NCBI GenBank assembly: GCA_040954595.2
Contig: CM082589.2
Coordinates: 1,603,910 to 1,667,909, forward strand
Source of the DNA: Balanoglossus misakiensis
Taxonomy: Eukaryota > Animalia > Hemichordata
Direction: 5' to 3'
Length of the DNA stretch: 64,000 nucleotides
In this document: in pieces, positions 51,880-64,000 of the stretch
How the letters are laid out: every line of letters begins with the position of its first letter
Numbering within the stretch: the first letter of the stretch is position 1
Program-made: the position numbers and the translations under genes
Notes under the pieces: model-generated
What the model was told of the DNA's origin: nothing
Database searches by the model: none
What the model saw: the letters and a program-made list of their open reading frames with translations, nothing else

Positions 51880-54680
51880 ATGGACATGTACAGAGACATA
51901 CTTGTACAGAGCTGAAGTCTTTCATGTCAGAGTTCTCTGATTGTTAATGCATTCAACCGTCCACTTATGTGCATAAACACAGATACAGCAATTATATTTT
52001 AAGTAATTTTGCAGTCATTTTGTTCTCTGAAATTTACAATGGCAGTGATGTAAATTTTGTATAAAAGCATGTTGAATTGTACAAAATGTACAGAAATGTA
52101 AGAATTTACTAAACTATATTTTTGATAAATTTTGATGATACGTAGTAAAAATACTGCTTTCTGTACTATCCAAGAGTAATGTTGTAATAGATGTATATTT
52201 TATGTTTGTATTCTGGCAGCTAGTGTAGACCTTTTTCTGATAAGGTTATATCCTTTCTCTGAAGAACATATTTTGATTCAAATAGTGTCTAACAGGGTCT
52301 GGACTTACTATGACCTTTGAACTTTTATCTGTCTCATGATTTTTTAATTTTCTGCACCATACCTTTCCATGTATTTTGGTTTTTATTGCTTAATCTGAAT
52401 AGAGCTTTATATAGATAATGTGTAATATGAAGTATGTATATATTTGGTGTAAAAATTATGAATGACAGTAAATATTGAAATTTTTACATGGACATTTATG
52501 GTTTTGTAGGTTTTACACTAGTACAGATGACAAGATTTTAATGAGAAATATTGTTTATCAAGAAATCACATTTAGCCTACACTCTTGACAAATGTCATTG
52601 TTTAAAGATTATGTACTTCAAAGAAATTGATGAAAATAGTTTACAAAACATGTTGTACAATGTAAGTAAAATGTAATTACTGGTAAGATTTCACATGTTT
52701 ATGAAATAAATATGTGTGTATGTTTTATGTACTTAGATATTTCCTTTGCTAAAGGTTTTTTTTTTCAAACTGGTATTCCAAACAGAGATTTTGTCTCTAT
52801 CTACAATAATTTTAATAATGGCATTATATACAGAAAATGAAGCATAGTTCATTGACAACAGACATGTACATGTTTACAGGTAAAATGTGATAAGTTTTTT
52901 TGTTTGTGTTTGTATTTGTTTTTGTAAACCTGACTGGATGCTCGAACCTGGTCAATTTCTTATTCTGGGTTCTGAATATCACACTTCAATGTAAAAAGTG
53001 GAAAATTCCGTCCATCCATGATTTGCAAATAAATGAAGAAATCCACAAGGATGGTAGAAATGTGTTGCTGTGTCATGTCTTCAAGGTATACCATCTTGTC
53101 AACTCATATTGAACCCCAGGTGTTCAACCAGGTGTTCATACATCAAAAGGCCACCACCACATACACAGTCATCAGTAGACTTTGACATTCCCTGTAACTA
53201 CTGTAAACTGGAATGTTTTCGTGACAGGAAGTTTTCGCGTTAACAAAAGAGGTGACTGTTATGTAGCAACTAAATTTTAAGGGCTATAAATATACGTTGC
53301 TTTACCCTATTTAAGTATTAAAAGAATAAAATTTTATGATTACAGAAAACAGGAACATCATGAGGTATAGGCACATGGCTTCCACCACAGCCTTGGTGTG
53401 TCTGCAGTCCGGATCCGGACCGCAGTTTTTCGGCCGAAATTTGATTTTATCGAAGCAAAATGCTTTCCCTGGCTACTTCTACCTCCTAGAATAATTGCAG
53501 CTACCCGTTTTAATAAAGTCATGTATTTGGAAAGATCGAGAAACCAATGGTTGATATTTCAAAATTCAACCACAGAGGGCACCATCGCTTCATTTCTTCC
53601 CAGAAGGACAACCGAACACCGCCAAAATTGACCGACTTTTTCACTGTCAATACTTGCTCTTTGTGATTTTACACCAAATTTGTAAATACTAATGTTTGAG
53701 GTGAGAGAATGGTTAATGTTGCAACTGAAATTCGCAATGGTTTCAATCAAGTTATCAACGCTATCATATACACAACACAAGGCACTGCACGACAGTCTAC
53801 ACGATGAATTCTGACATTTCATCGTTGTCCTTGATGTAGCATCAAGGACATGCTATCTATGCTTAACTTATGTCTACTTAAACTCACCTTAGATGTAACA
53901 TGAGCAAGTTTCCCAGCGCCACGGAGTCTTGAGGAGTAGTATTACCATCTATACCGCGCAATGCACCAAACGTTATATAACAAGGGTGCATGTAAGGTCA
54001 CGGCAGGTCATTTAGGGTCAAGTGCAGCGCCCTCTTTATTCAAGAGATGGCAATGGCCAAAAAAATGAGATTTTAGGCTTCAGAATTTGATTTTCAGCTT
54101 GTATCTACAATAATTTCAATAATCTGGTTGCCCCAATGCCCTCTATTGGGGAAAACGAGTTTAATTCCTTTGAGCAAAATCAGAACAAGACTAGTTTTGT
54201 CCTTTTCTCCCTGATCTCCATCACAGGCTATGGTCGCCGCCATCTTGTCTGTTGCTAAGGACATCCGACAGCACAGACTTACGGCATTCACGGTATACAA
54301 TTTTTGTATCCAGTTTCTGGTTTGGCACATACGCACAAGATGATTGTCGCCTTTTAATGAGTGTTTACATGCATGCCATTAACTTCACTGCAAATATCAA
54401 GAGAAAGGCCAAAATAACCATGCAAAAACAAACTGTTTCCGGATTTGTCGATTTGTATGTTACAATTTTGTTCAATAATTTTTAACACTTTTAATACACA
54501 CACGAGCTATCAACACACAATAACTCAGTCAACACCAAGAACTTTTTTTATTTTTTTTATTTACAGCATGCGGATCATTACATTTACCATGATGGAATAG
54601 GCTTAATTTAGAATACATGATTGAATACCCATAAACAGGTACTTTTCGGATCAGTGGAAACCGAGTGTTCGAGATGGAAT

Positions 54681-54957
54681 AGATGTGGAAGTGTGGAATT
54701 TTTTTGGTATTTATTTTTGAAATTTTTTTTTATGTTTGTTATTTTTGTCATACTAACCCTGATGGGTGGCCCGGGTAACTGTTCAGAGGTGAAGAGATGA
54801 TGAGATGAGATGGAATGAGATGAGAAGATGAGAAGAGTTGATGAGATGAAATGGATGAGATGAGATGAAATGGGACAGATGTGGAATTGTTTTGTTTTGT
54901 TTTTTGAAATTTTTTTTTATGTTTGTTATTTTTGTCATACTAACCCTGGTGGGTGGC
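54681..54957. repeat. ~57-80-bp direct duplication flanking a (GATGA)n-like tract in the putative ANT 3' UTR
   Basis: tttttgaaa(t)natgtttgttatttttgtcatactaaccctg(a/g)tgggtggc at ~54714-54770 and 54901-54957; gatga repeats at 54795-54870. Confidence 0.85.
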
Positions 54958-55735
54958 TGGTTCGATCGGATGGAATTTGCACAATGATTTAGACTGGTTA
55001 GACTGGTGTTGATCTGATCAAATTGGCCGCATACTGTAATTTTTGTTGCCATCATTCAAAAACAATCCCGCCAGCAGGATTTGTTCTTGTCCGGCAAGAT
55101 TTTTTTGGTACCAAGCTGCTCTAGTTCCCCCAATACAGTGCTGCTGGAGACGGCACCTTCATGATAAAATCCATGCATGTTCAAGTTTCACCGATGGGCT
55201 GCTCGAAGCTGGTTAATGTCCTTGGCGGAGAATGAAGCGCAATTACCTCCCCAGGCTTGCAATCATCTCCCCCAGTGTAGTAATTGTTGGTCGTCGGCAG
55301 CATCCTGGCTTGAAAAATCAAGTCCTACTACTTTTGTGTCCGGTGTCTTGGTGCAAGATTCGTACACAGGAAGCCTCCCTTCAACCTGTAAGTCCTCTCA
55401 CACTTGTCAAGATGTTGTTGACAGTTCCACCATGCATGCAGGCTGCTCTGGCTGGAATGCTGGGGCGAAAGAAAGACCGAAGTCCTCTTTCCCACTTCTC
55501 GATGTTGTTATTAGGCAGCTCTCCGTGGCGCTCACCGCGAATTGCTGAAGAGGTTCAGGCAACCCACTCTCTGCCGTTCCCTTTCTCGTGTGGCGAAAGC
55601 CGTATGCGGGCCTCCCAACACCGCAACTTTCCCACATCTGCCAGATGGTAATGTTCAGCAATCGCAGATCATAAAGTCCCCAACAGCACTGTATGTATCC
55701 CCATTCCCCCCTCCCCCCCGAAGTGGCCTTGCCAC

Positions 55736-58119
55736 CTACAGAAGCCGCTTGATTTCGTCATACAGCACCAGGACAAGTGCGCCCCCGGTGCCACGAATGA
55801 CGTTAGAGAAAGCTCCCTTGAAGAAAGCTCCGGCTCCTTCGTTGACAAAGATTTTCTTCCAGCAGTCAATGGTACCCTTGTACAGGACATCTTTGCGTCC
55901 ACTCTGCATCATCAGGCGACGGCGAACAGTGTCGAATGGATAGGACACAACCCCAGATGCAACAGTCACAGTCTGGGCTACAAGCCAGCTGACGATGAAG
56001 TTTCTTTGCAGTCCAACAGGCAGCATTGCCTTAGCAGTATCATAGCATCCAAAGTAGGATGCACGGTAGATGATAATTCCCTGAAAGAATAAATGTTATA
56101 AAACGTGTCATCGAATTCGTTATTCTCGACAATCAAACTAAAGAAAGAGCAGCAGTAAACTTTGATGAAACAATTGTTCATGTCTGCTGTACCGATGATT
56201 AATCATCTTCCTACGAGAGAAGCTCACAAAATGAGATATGTTTGTGTTCGCCAAACATACCTGGACAGAAACTCCAAAGCCACGGTACAATCCAGCCATG
56301 CCATCTGACTTGAAGGTCTTCGCGATGCAATCAGCCAGCCCGTTGAACTGGCGGTCAGCGGCGCCTTTGCCGATGTCAGCAGCCAGGCGAGTACGGGCGA
56401 AATCCAATGGATAGACAAAGCACAGAGATGTTGCTCCGGCTGCACCACCCGATGCAAGATTACCAAAGAAGAAACGCCAGAATTGGTTCTTCTTATCCAC
56501 GCCTGACAAGAACAGCTTCTTGTACTTGTCCTTGAAGGCAAAGTTCAGAGCCTGGGTTGGAAAGTAACGGATGACATTGGCAAGGTTTCCACGCCACAGG
56601 GAACGGGTCCCCTGCTCTTTGACCACACGGCTGAAGCAATCAGCGATTCCTTTGTACTGTTGGTCGACAGAAATCTGGGTGGAAGCGGCCTGCACCTATA
56701 AATTAAAAAAAAAAAATCAAAGTATGAGATACAGGGCACAGCTTATTTGGAAATCTGGACAGAAATAACCAGCTAGGCTCTACACACACAAATGAAAAAA
56801 AAAAAATCAAAACGCCATGTATAATATTAAAAAGGGTAATTTTGAAATTAATAAAAAAATTGGATTGACAATAAGAAATCGACAAGTGTCCACACTCAAT
56901 CATGTTTATGCCAAAAGTGTCATGTCAATTTCAAAACATCATAAAAAAAAAGAAAATGGAAAATACTGAAAGGCAATAAAAATGATGACCATAATTAAAA
57001 ACAAAAACGAAAAGCCGGCGTAAATACACTGAAACGCAATGCCTGGAAACTGTTACCATAACAACATGCGGACTGGGATATATGTACCAGAAAAAAAAAA
57101 TCTGGAGAAGTTCAGGAGTGATACTCGCAAATACCTGTATATTGCGACTGAATTTCATTAAATCTTGTCGATTCAGAAAATTTCAGGTCTGGCGCATAAA
57201 ATCGGGAAGTTTTCGAGTGAGCTGATCAACTCACAGAGTCACTGTACGATATTCAGTCACAAATTCGAACGAAAACGAATTTTCGAACGTCCATTCATCC
57301 ATCCACTACACCACGTGACCAGGGCTCACAACTTTCCGAACAGCTGTGAACCACGTGACTTCACCGGCCATGAAATTTAATTTTCGAACGAGTGACGAAA
57401 TTTTCGAACGCTGACATAAAATATTATCAGGTGACTACATTCCGATCGACGTCATATTCCGAATCCGCCAACTTCACCAGTCATGTGACAACGGCCCGCT
57501 AAATATCGCGATATCGACGATGAACGAGAAGAGGCTGACGTCGACGTGACTTTGCCCAATTGTTCCGTCACTCGATTGTCTTTCGATAAACTTCCCGGAT
57601 GGACGCAATCATTTCGTTGTCAAGTCCGTAGAAAATTCGAAAAACATTGAAAAAAAAATCAAAAACACCGCAATTTCAAAAATAAATACATCCTTATGAA
57701 CGCCAGAACCGGCATTTTCTAAATATAAATTTGAAAATGTTACATTGTTGCATTTGGTGAAACTCTTGGTCACGAAACGAAGCGCACCGAACGCGGCGGT
57801 CGGAACAGTTTCCTTTGGTCTTTTTTTTTTACCCAAATGGGACAAAAAATCATAGAAACAAGACATAGGATAACACATGATGTTAGAGAAAGGAACAGAA
57901 GACGAAATTCGAAAAAAAAAACTTCAATGCAGGTCATCGCGCATCTCGTTCCATCACATCGGTACCCTGAGAGAAATTTCGACAAGAAGATGAAAAACTC
58001 ACTTGCAAAAGCAACTTGACTCGCTCAATTGGTGCGACAGCGGTCTTTGATATTGCTGCAGCAGTCCCACCAGCAATAAGGTCCTTAAAGAAGTGGCCCA
58101 TATCGAACTTCTTCGCCAT
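55736..58119 (-). CDS. ANT: Mitochondrial ADP/ATP translocase (SLC25A4/5/6/31 family), 3 exons
   Basis: Exons 58119-58003, 56695-56261, ~56081-55736. [95 protein letters not shown]. Confidence 0.97.
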
Positions 58120-58482
58120 ATTGCCAGTAATATGGGAACAAGAACGATTAATATGAGAGAAATAGTTTCCGAGGTTGCTTCTTCACCGAAGATCAGACAG
58201 CAACTGATCCACAATAAGTAAACACTGTAACTTATAACAACGAACCAAATTACGCAGTGACGATACTACCGCTTGTTCAATTAGTTCCGGATTTAAATAC
58301 AAACTTTTTGCAAAATACAGGAATTTTGGGGTTATCTTTCTATCGTATAGCTTGACGATATAAAAGTGGAAAATTTCCAATATCGGTTGAAGTGCGATTA
58401 ACGTTTTTCAAAGTTTTCATAAAAACCGCATATCGAGAAAGTTCACAATATTCTTCCGCAAAGCCGAAAAGAGTTCGCAGAC

Positions 58483-58684
58483 GTAACAATGGAAAAGTGA
58501 TCACATGTCACTTTCCCCCCTTATTTGGGCGGTGCTCTGACCGGATTGGTCAGAAGTTTACATCGTAATAATCGACATGCTGACATAGATATCTTTCCTT
58601 ATTTGGATTGCCATCCCGGATTGGTCAAAAGTAAATGTCGTAACAATGAGTTAGATCACATGTAAAACTTTCTACCTTATTTGG
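58483..58684. promoter_or_regulatory. Triplicated 78-bp module with CArG boxes, CCAAT boxes and E-boxes upstream of ANT
   Basis: CCTTATTTGG at 58519, 58597 and 58675; CCGGATTGGTCA at 58541 and 58616; GATCACATGT at 58499 and 58654. Confidence 0.7.
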
Positions 58685-60150
58685 GTGGCGATTCAACCAT
58701 GATCGTGATGATATTGGCCAAGAGTCAACAAACGACAAAACCACTGCATTTCAAGGAGTGGCAGACCAATGTTTGAGGGGCAATGTATGACGAAAGTTAC
58801 CATGTTAAAGATTCCATTTACGAAAGAATTTTGTTTTAAGTATTTTGAATAAAAGAAATCACTCTTTATCAATTTCAATCGCATGCAAGTTTGAAAACAA
58901 ATATCGTCATACATCTGTCCTCTAAATTCTTGGTTTGGGGCACACAAAACTGTTAGTTCCAGAATACTTTGACAAGAAAAGTTAACATTACATAACATTA
59001 TCTGATATATCATATAAACTCTCAAGAAAACTGATTTCATCACACTCTTAGGTTCATAAACTGGTACATGATGTAAATGACACTTACCAAAGGTTGTTGT
59101 GGACCATGGCATGCATGTGTTGGAAGGGGACCCAGCATGCAGTATCTGATACACGTTCATAGACATAATAGTTTATGTTACATGGCTTGCTATACTGAAA
59201 CATGCATAAAATGCAACAGTCATAAATAGAAACATATCAGTAGAGGAAAACTCAGGCAATGGCTGAATTTTAATGTACTCTATCATATATATTTCACACA
59301 ATTTCGAATTTGTAAGCCCAGAAAAAAATACATGAATACAATAATTATTACAACAGCAATCAAGCCTATGCTGAACTATGGGGAAAATTGATATTAATAC
59401 AATGTAGTTTGAAAAGTTTGTTTACGGAGCAACATATAATGAAAATGGCACAGATAAGTTTACAAAACAATCTCTTAAAATCATGGTTCAAAAATGACAA
59501 TGTGAAAATATAACAGTTTGTAATCAAAACTGACTTAATCTGGTGTGTTCTAGGACAAATCTAGAAGAGATACGCACAGGCAAGTTGTAAATACTGCTAA
59601 GTTTTGGCATTCAGCTACATAGATATGTCCAGAAACAAGAATTCATTGACATTATATCTGCTCAAATTTATATCTTTTACAATAAATATCCAAACCTGAG
59701 ACTGGAAAATATGACCACTGCTATCCGTCACTGAATGTTTTTTATGGAGAAAATTATTCCAACAAACTTTCAAATTCTATCTTTATATCACATACGAAGT
59801 AAATAAGTGAATTTGTGACAAGCATCTAATTGTCATCTCATTATGATTTTCTGTGTGTGTGCATGTGCGTGTGTGTATGCACACATGAATATCTATGCCT
59901 GTATCTCAGTTTCTGTCTGGTACTGTCACTGTGTCTGTTTCACAATTTCCAGTAAAAATTTGCTTGAAGTCAACATGATCTATGGACACAAATATACCAA
60001 GATACACTTCAAAAAATCCTCCCACAGACTCTTGCTTCATAGAAGTCGTATTGCACTTAAATTGGTGAACATTCTGTCTAGTGCGTGTTTCACAGTTCTT
60101 GAGGTATTTGGCACGGCAGATAAAATTGCGATAAAAGATTATCTGAAAGT

Positions 60151-61854
60151 TCATGCAAGGAAAGCATGGACATCCTCATTTTTATATCCAAAGTCAGCCA
60201 GCAATCTGCAACAAAGAAAAATATCTCATCAATTCCTTTGCATATTCATAAGGTATAATACTGGATTTTGTTATCTTCAATACCTTGTAAAATCTCATCA
60301 GACAGTATGATCATGAAACAGAATCTAATACCACTCACTGTTGAGAAATCTTTGTAAATGGTGATGGTCCACAGACACAAACTAAAGTCTTTAAGTCGGC
60401 CGTAGGTTTTGCAAGATGGTTTTCAAGAAGCTCCCTTCTTATTCTACCAATTGGACCATTCCAATCACTTGAAGGTTCTGACAGAATATATGTACATTCA
60501 AATCTACAGAAAATAAACAATAAATATCATTTAAGTTACATTTCAGTTTCTCTGTCAATTTGTACCAACATTGTACATAAAACTTTTAAACCACACTTGG
60601 CTTTCCACCTTGTGTGCTTTACAGCAAATACCCATACTAACACACAGTATTTACCTATCGTCTTCAGAGAGTTTATCCAACTGTCTGTGCCAAAGTATAT
60701 CGTTTTCTGTCTTGTTGAAGAATAACATATGAACTTTCCTGTAGACGGAACATCGAAATGAGAGATTTTAAAAACAAATCAGACAAAACAATGGAGTTGG
60801 ACCAAAGGGTTAAAACTTTAGAGAGGATTTGAACTTGCTCACGTTACCTGTCACTTGTTGACAATTGCAGACTGTAGTGGATCAGCCTCACCATTGGTGT
60901 GAACCCAGTGCCGGCAGCCAATAGAAGCAACCGCTGACAGTCTTCTAATTTGGATGCTAGAAAGCTACCATCTGGATCACTGATTGAGACTTTGTCACCT
61001 GCAGCCAAATGCCAAAACACTGACATTCTTAGATCAATATGTAAGCCACTAAATAACAGTGTACGCTATCTGTGCAAACTTAGCAGCCACAGATGTCATT
61101 GTAAATGAAGATCTGGCCAATGACGTATTTTCACTTGGGTGGCCACTGCAAATTAGAGAGACATTCTGTTTTCACTATACATGGGCATTTAGTGAATTGG
61201 AGATAGCATCATTTAGATTCATACGACGCAGAACAAACCAACAAAAAACTTACCAACAGTGATTTTATCAATCACAGTTGTGAGGACACCAGTTGGATAA
61301 ATCTTGATCATCAAATAAAACATGTGTCCATCTCTGATGTCTTGACTTATTTGATCAGTCAGGATGGATGGGGTAACTACTGTGTATGGCCTGACAATTT
61401 CTATCTCTGAAATTATAATAATGAACACAGAATAAAGAAACTATGCACATTGAATCATGCACCACTTTGACAAGATTTTGCAAAACTTCAGTAAGAGGAA
61501 ACATCCATCTTAAGATGTTAGAACTCTGAAATTTTGTGACTAAATCAAACAATGAATGGCAGCTACTTACCAGACACTGTAGATTTGATAAAAACATGAT
61601 ATCCGATTGGCACACACATCCTGGTTCCTTCAGGCACTTCAAAGCACAACAGCTGTGTATCGTGGTTCACTGTGTCTCTCCGTTTCAGCACACAATCTCG
61701 ATATTTCATTTCTGCATAAGTACGATAATTCAAAATGGAAGACATCAAGAGTGACGTGTACACATTTTAGAGGTAAGGTGGCCCCTCATGGAAATGTATG
61801 TTGCCACTGATGAGTAATGTGGTGGGTTTGTTAAGGATATGGCTCCATGTTTTA

Positions 61855-61893
<39 letters not shown>

Positions 61894-63541
61894 TACAAAC
61901 ACACTGAAACAAATTACCTCTATTACTGATTTTTACAAGAGTATTATGGTCTGCTGACGGTTTCCCAAGGTTCTGCCACTGTTTGCTGGGGTTTCTTTTC
62001 TCTGATGTCACTTCAACCTTACCGCAACCACTGACTTTCACTAAATTACAAAAGAAAGAAAAAATGCAATTTACTTTTAGTGTACACATTTGATTCTAGG
62101 CAGTGAAAACTACAATGTTTCAAAAATCATTGTACATGTGCACTATCTTGCATTCAAAAATTACTCTGCATCAACCAAAAGCATCATCAATAACACTTAC
62201 CTTCATAACTTGACTGAATCTCATCTTCTAACTCTGAAAATGAAGAAGCAATATGTGTAATTGTTTTCCTGTATGTGTATTCCTATGTATGCACTGATCC
62301 ATGTGTATTTGAAATGCTATCATATGACTTAATACTTGTGCCCGTGAACACCAAGTCTACGAGCAACTGGGGACATTTTATTCAGAAATAGGCCAGTCAG
62401 GCATCATGAAGGGAATATTCCCAAGGTATTTTTGTACATCATTGCTAGATGGAAATACTTACCCCAATGTAATTTGAAACTGTAATCTTCAATAAAAACA
62501 ACAATTTGAAAATCCTTTCCTGTCTTGTCAATCAAAACCCTGTCATCTGTCATATTCTGTGAAGAAAAAAATCAGTAAACTTTCAAATTGATGAATTTTG
62601 GTACTGTGAATATATGAACCCACTCTCAGACAGAGTGAGTATCCATATTCATAGAACAAAAATCATCAGAATGCATGGCAACCAAAGAAACACTTGGCGG
62701 ACAACCGACTCACCTTCCATTTGGTGTAAATTACAACTGTTACTGTTGTCCCGGTCTGAAACCAATCATGCCTGCACACGAGATAAAAAAATGAATCATG
62801 TCAATAATTATGTCACATCACAAATAGTAACTAAAGATCAGAACTGATATACATGTACTGTTAATTTAGGGGTATTATGGCAAATGACATATCTGGCAGC
62901 AAGAATTTTCCAATTGTTTTACTCACCTTGGATTCCGCTTACTTGTATCTGAATTTGTCTGTGGTTCCTTGAATCCATCAACTTCAAGTTGTCCTGCAAA
63001 TAGAATCCAGATCAGTTCACTATGATACACATAGTTAAATGAAAGGTTATAAACAGCAAGTCAGGGTATTTGGTTGCAGATATAAGACCATTCAGGTGAA
63101 AATAAGCATACTTGGCAGGAAATATTATTATATGCAAAAAGTACTGAAATAAAGAAAGTGAACTCACCGTCTATGACAGGTTTATCTCTGATAGGTTTCA
63201 ATGATTTAGGCGTTACAGGGGATGGTGGTTTTAATCCAGTGAAGGACATTGTAGAGGCTGTGGGGAGAAACACAGAATGACAGTCAACTTTTGCGAACTC
63301 ATTTCCTACACGATTGTCTCTTCAGTATCAAAGCATTATTGGCTTCTATCTGATCTTTGACTTTATTCTTTTTGGTCAGATTTTCAAATGGAATTATTTT
63401 ATACTCCAAATGACTGTGTTGATGAGATGACAGTTGCGGAAATTATAGGAACTTACCAGGTCTGGATTGCTTGGACTCGGACACTAACTTCCCGACAAAA
63501 CATCTCTCCAGCATGGACTCATAATTCACCCATTTATGGAC
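60151..63541 (-). CDS. CYB5R4: Cytochrome b5 reductase 4 (NCB5OR), 3' part; 5' exons lie beyond the window end
   Basis: End of b5 domain VHKWVNYESMLERCFVGKL, CS domain HDWFQT..VVIYTKWK, FAD domain VPIGYHVFI..IVRPYTVV..IKIYPTG, NAD domain LLAAGTGFTPM, FFNKTENDILW, VCVCGPSPF; ends EDVHAFLA* (stop 60151-60153). Confidence 0.93.
61857..61891. repeat. (CA)n microsatellite, CYB5R4 intron
   Basis: Directly visible. Confidence 0.95.
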
Positions 63542-64000
63542 CTGTTGGGAAGAGACAGAAATGACATCATAAATAACACAGTCCTTCCATATTTCACGGT
63601 ACCATTGGCTGTTACTCGATGGAATACTGCGTCATTATCTTGTGTCACGTTCTACTGAAGCTACTATAGGTCTACTAGCAGTCGGCATCTGCTACCAACA
63701 TTTATTATAATGACTGAAGGCCATAGTGCATACAAAGAAAGGCTATCAAACCTATGCCATTTTCAGCTTTTGTGGGGATTAACTTGAATCTCCAGATTTA
63801 ATTTACAGAGAGGCATACATCTTGGCTCTGATTGGCTGATAGATATGACTAATCACTCCCATAATGAATGTGGAGATCAGATTAGGCCTGTTAAATTGTT
63901 AGTGAGTTAAGCTACCAAATTGTATCATATATCATGGAATTACTGTCCAATGAGGCCAATGGATGCAAAGTTTCAGTTGTACAATTTAAAACCCACGGTT

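Noticed and set aside
55177-55661. Overlapping 84-139 aa ORFs downstream of ANT
   Set aside because: No recognisable domain or splice framework; better explained as GC-richer 3' UTR.

Overview
Eukaryotic (intron-rich, AT-rich, probably marine invertebrate) genomic DNA in two parts. (1) 1-~20.8 kb is an 87-bp tandem satellite that switches strand at ~13,083, giving a giant head-to-head inverted array. The two arms are different sequence subfamilies, each with its own higher-order repeats (~41-, 11- and 21-monomer periods). The monomer is rich in dyads and CpG. (2) From ~0.8 kb after the array edge there is a compact block of eight spliced genes, which I reconstructed by hand from GT-AG sites and reading frame: a secreted WSC + PAN/apple-like protein (+), a FAM187A-like Ig/TSP1-like/Ig membrane protein with a ~480-aa acidic N-terminal extension (-), a single-Ig membrane protein with a GYQSL + acidic-cluster tail (+), MAPK15 (+), C6orf62 (-), an ankyrin-repeat TRP channel with duplicated alternative C-terminal exons (+), an ADP/ATP translocase (-) and CYB5R4 (-, 5' end outside the window). 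The most notable signals are the inverted two-subfamily satellite, Tc1/mariner-type TACATGTA footprints (one inside the satellite), the TRP channel isoform structure, RFX X-box/ciliary signatures, and a 78-bp-periodic triple CArG module upstream of ANT. Gene identities come from recalled family motifs; no database search was run.
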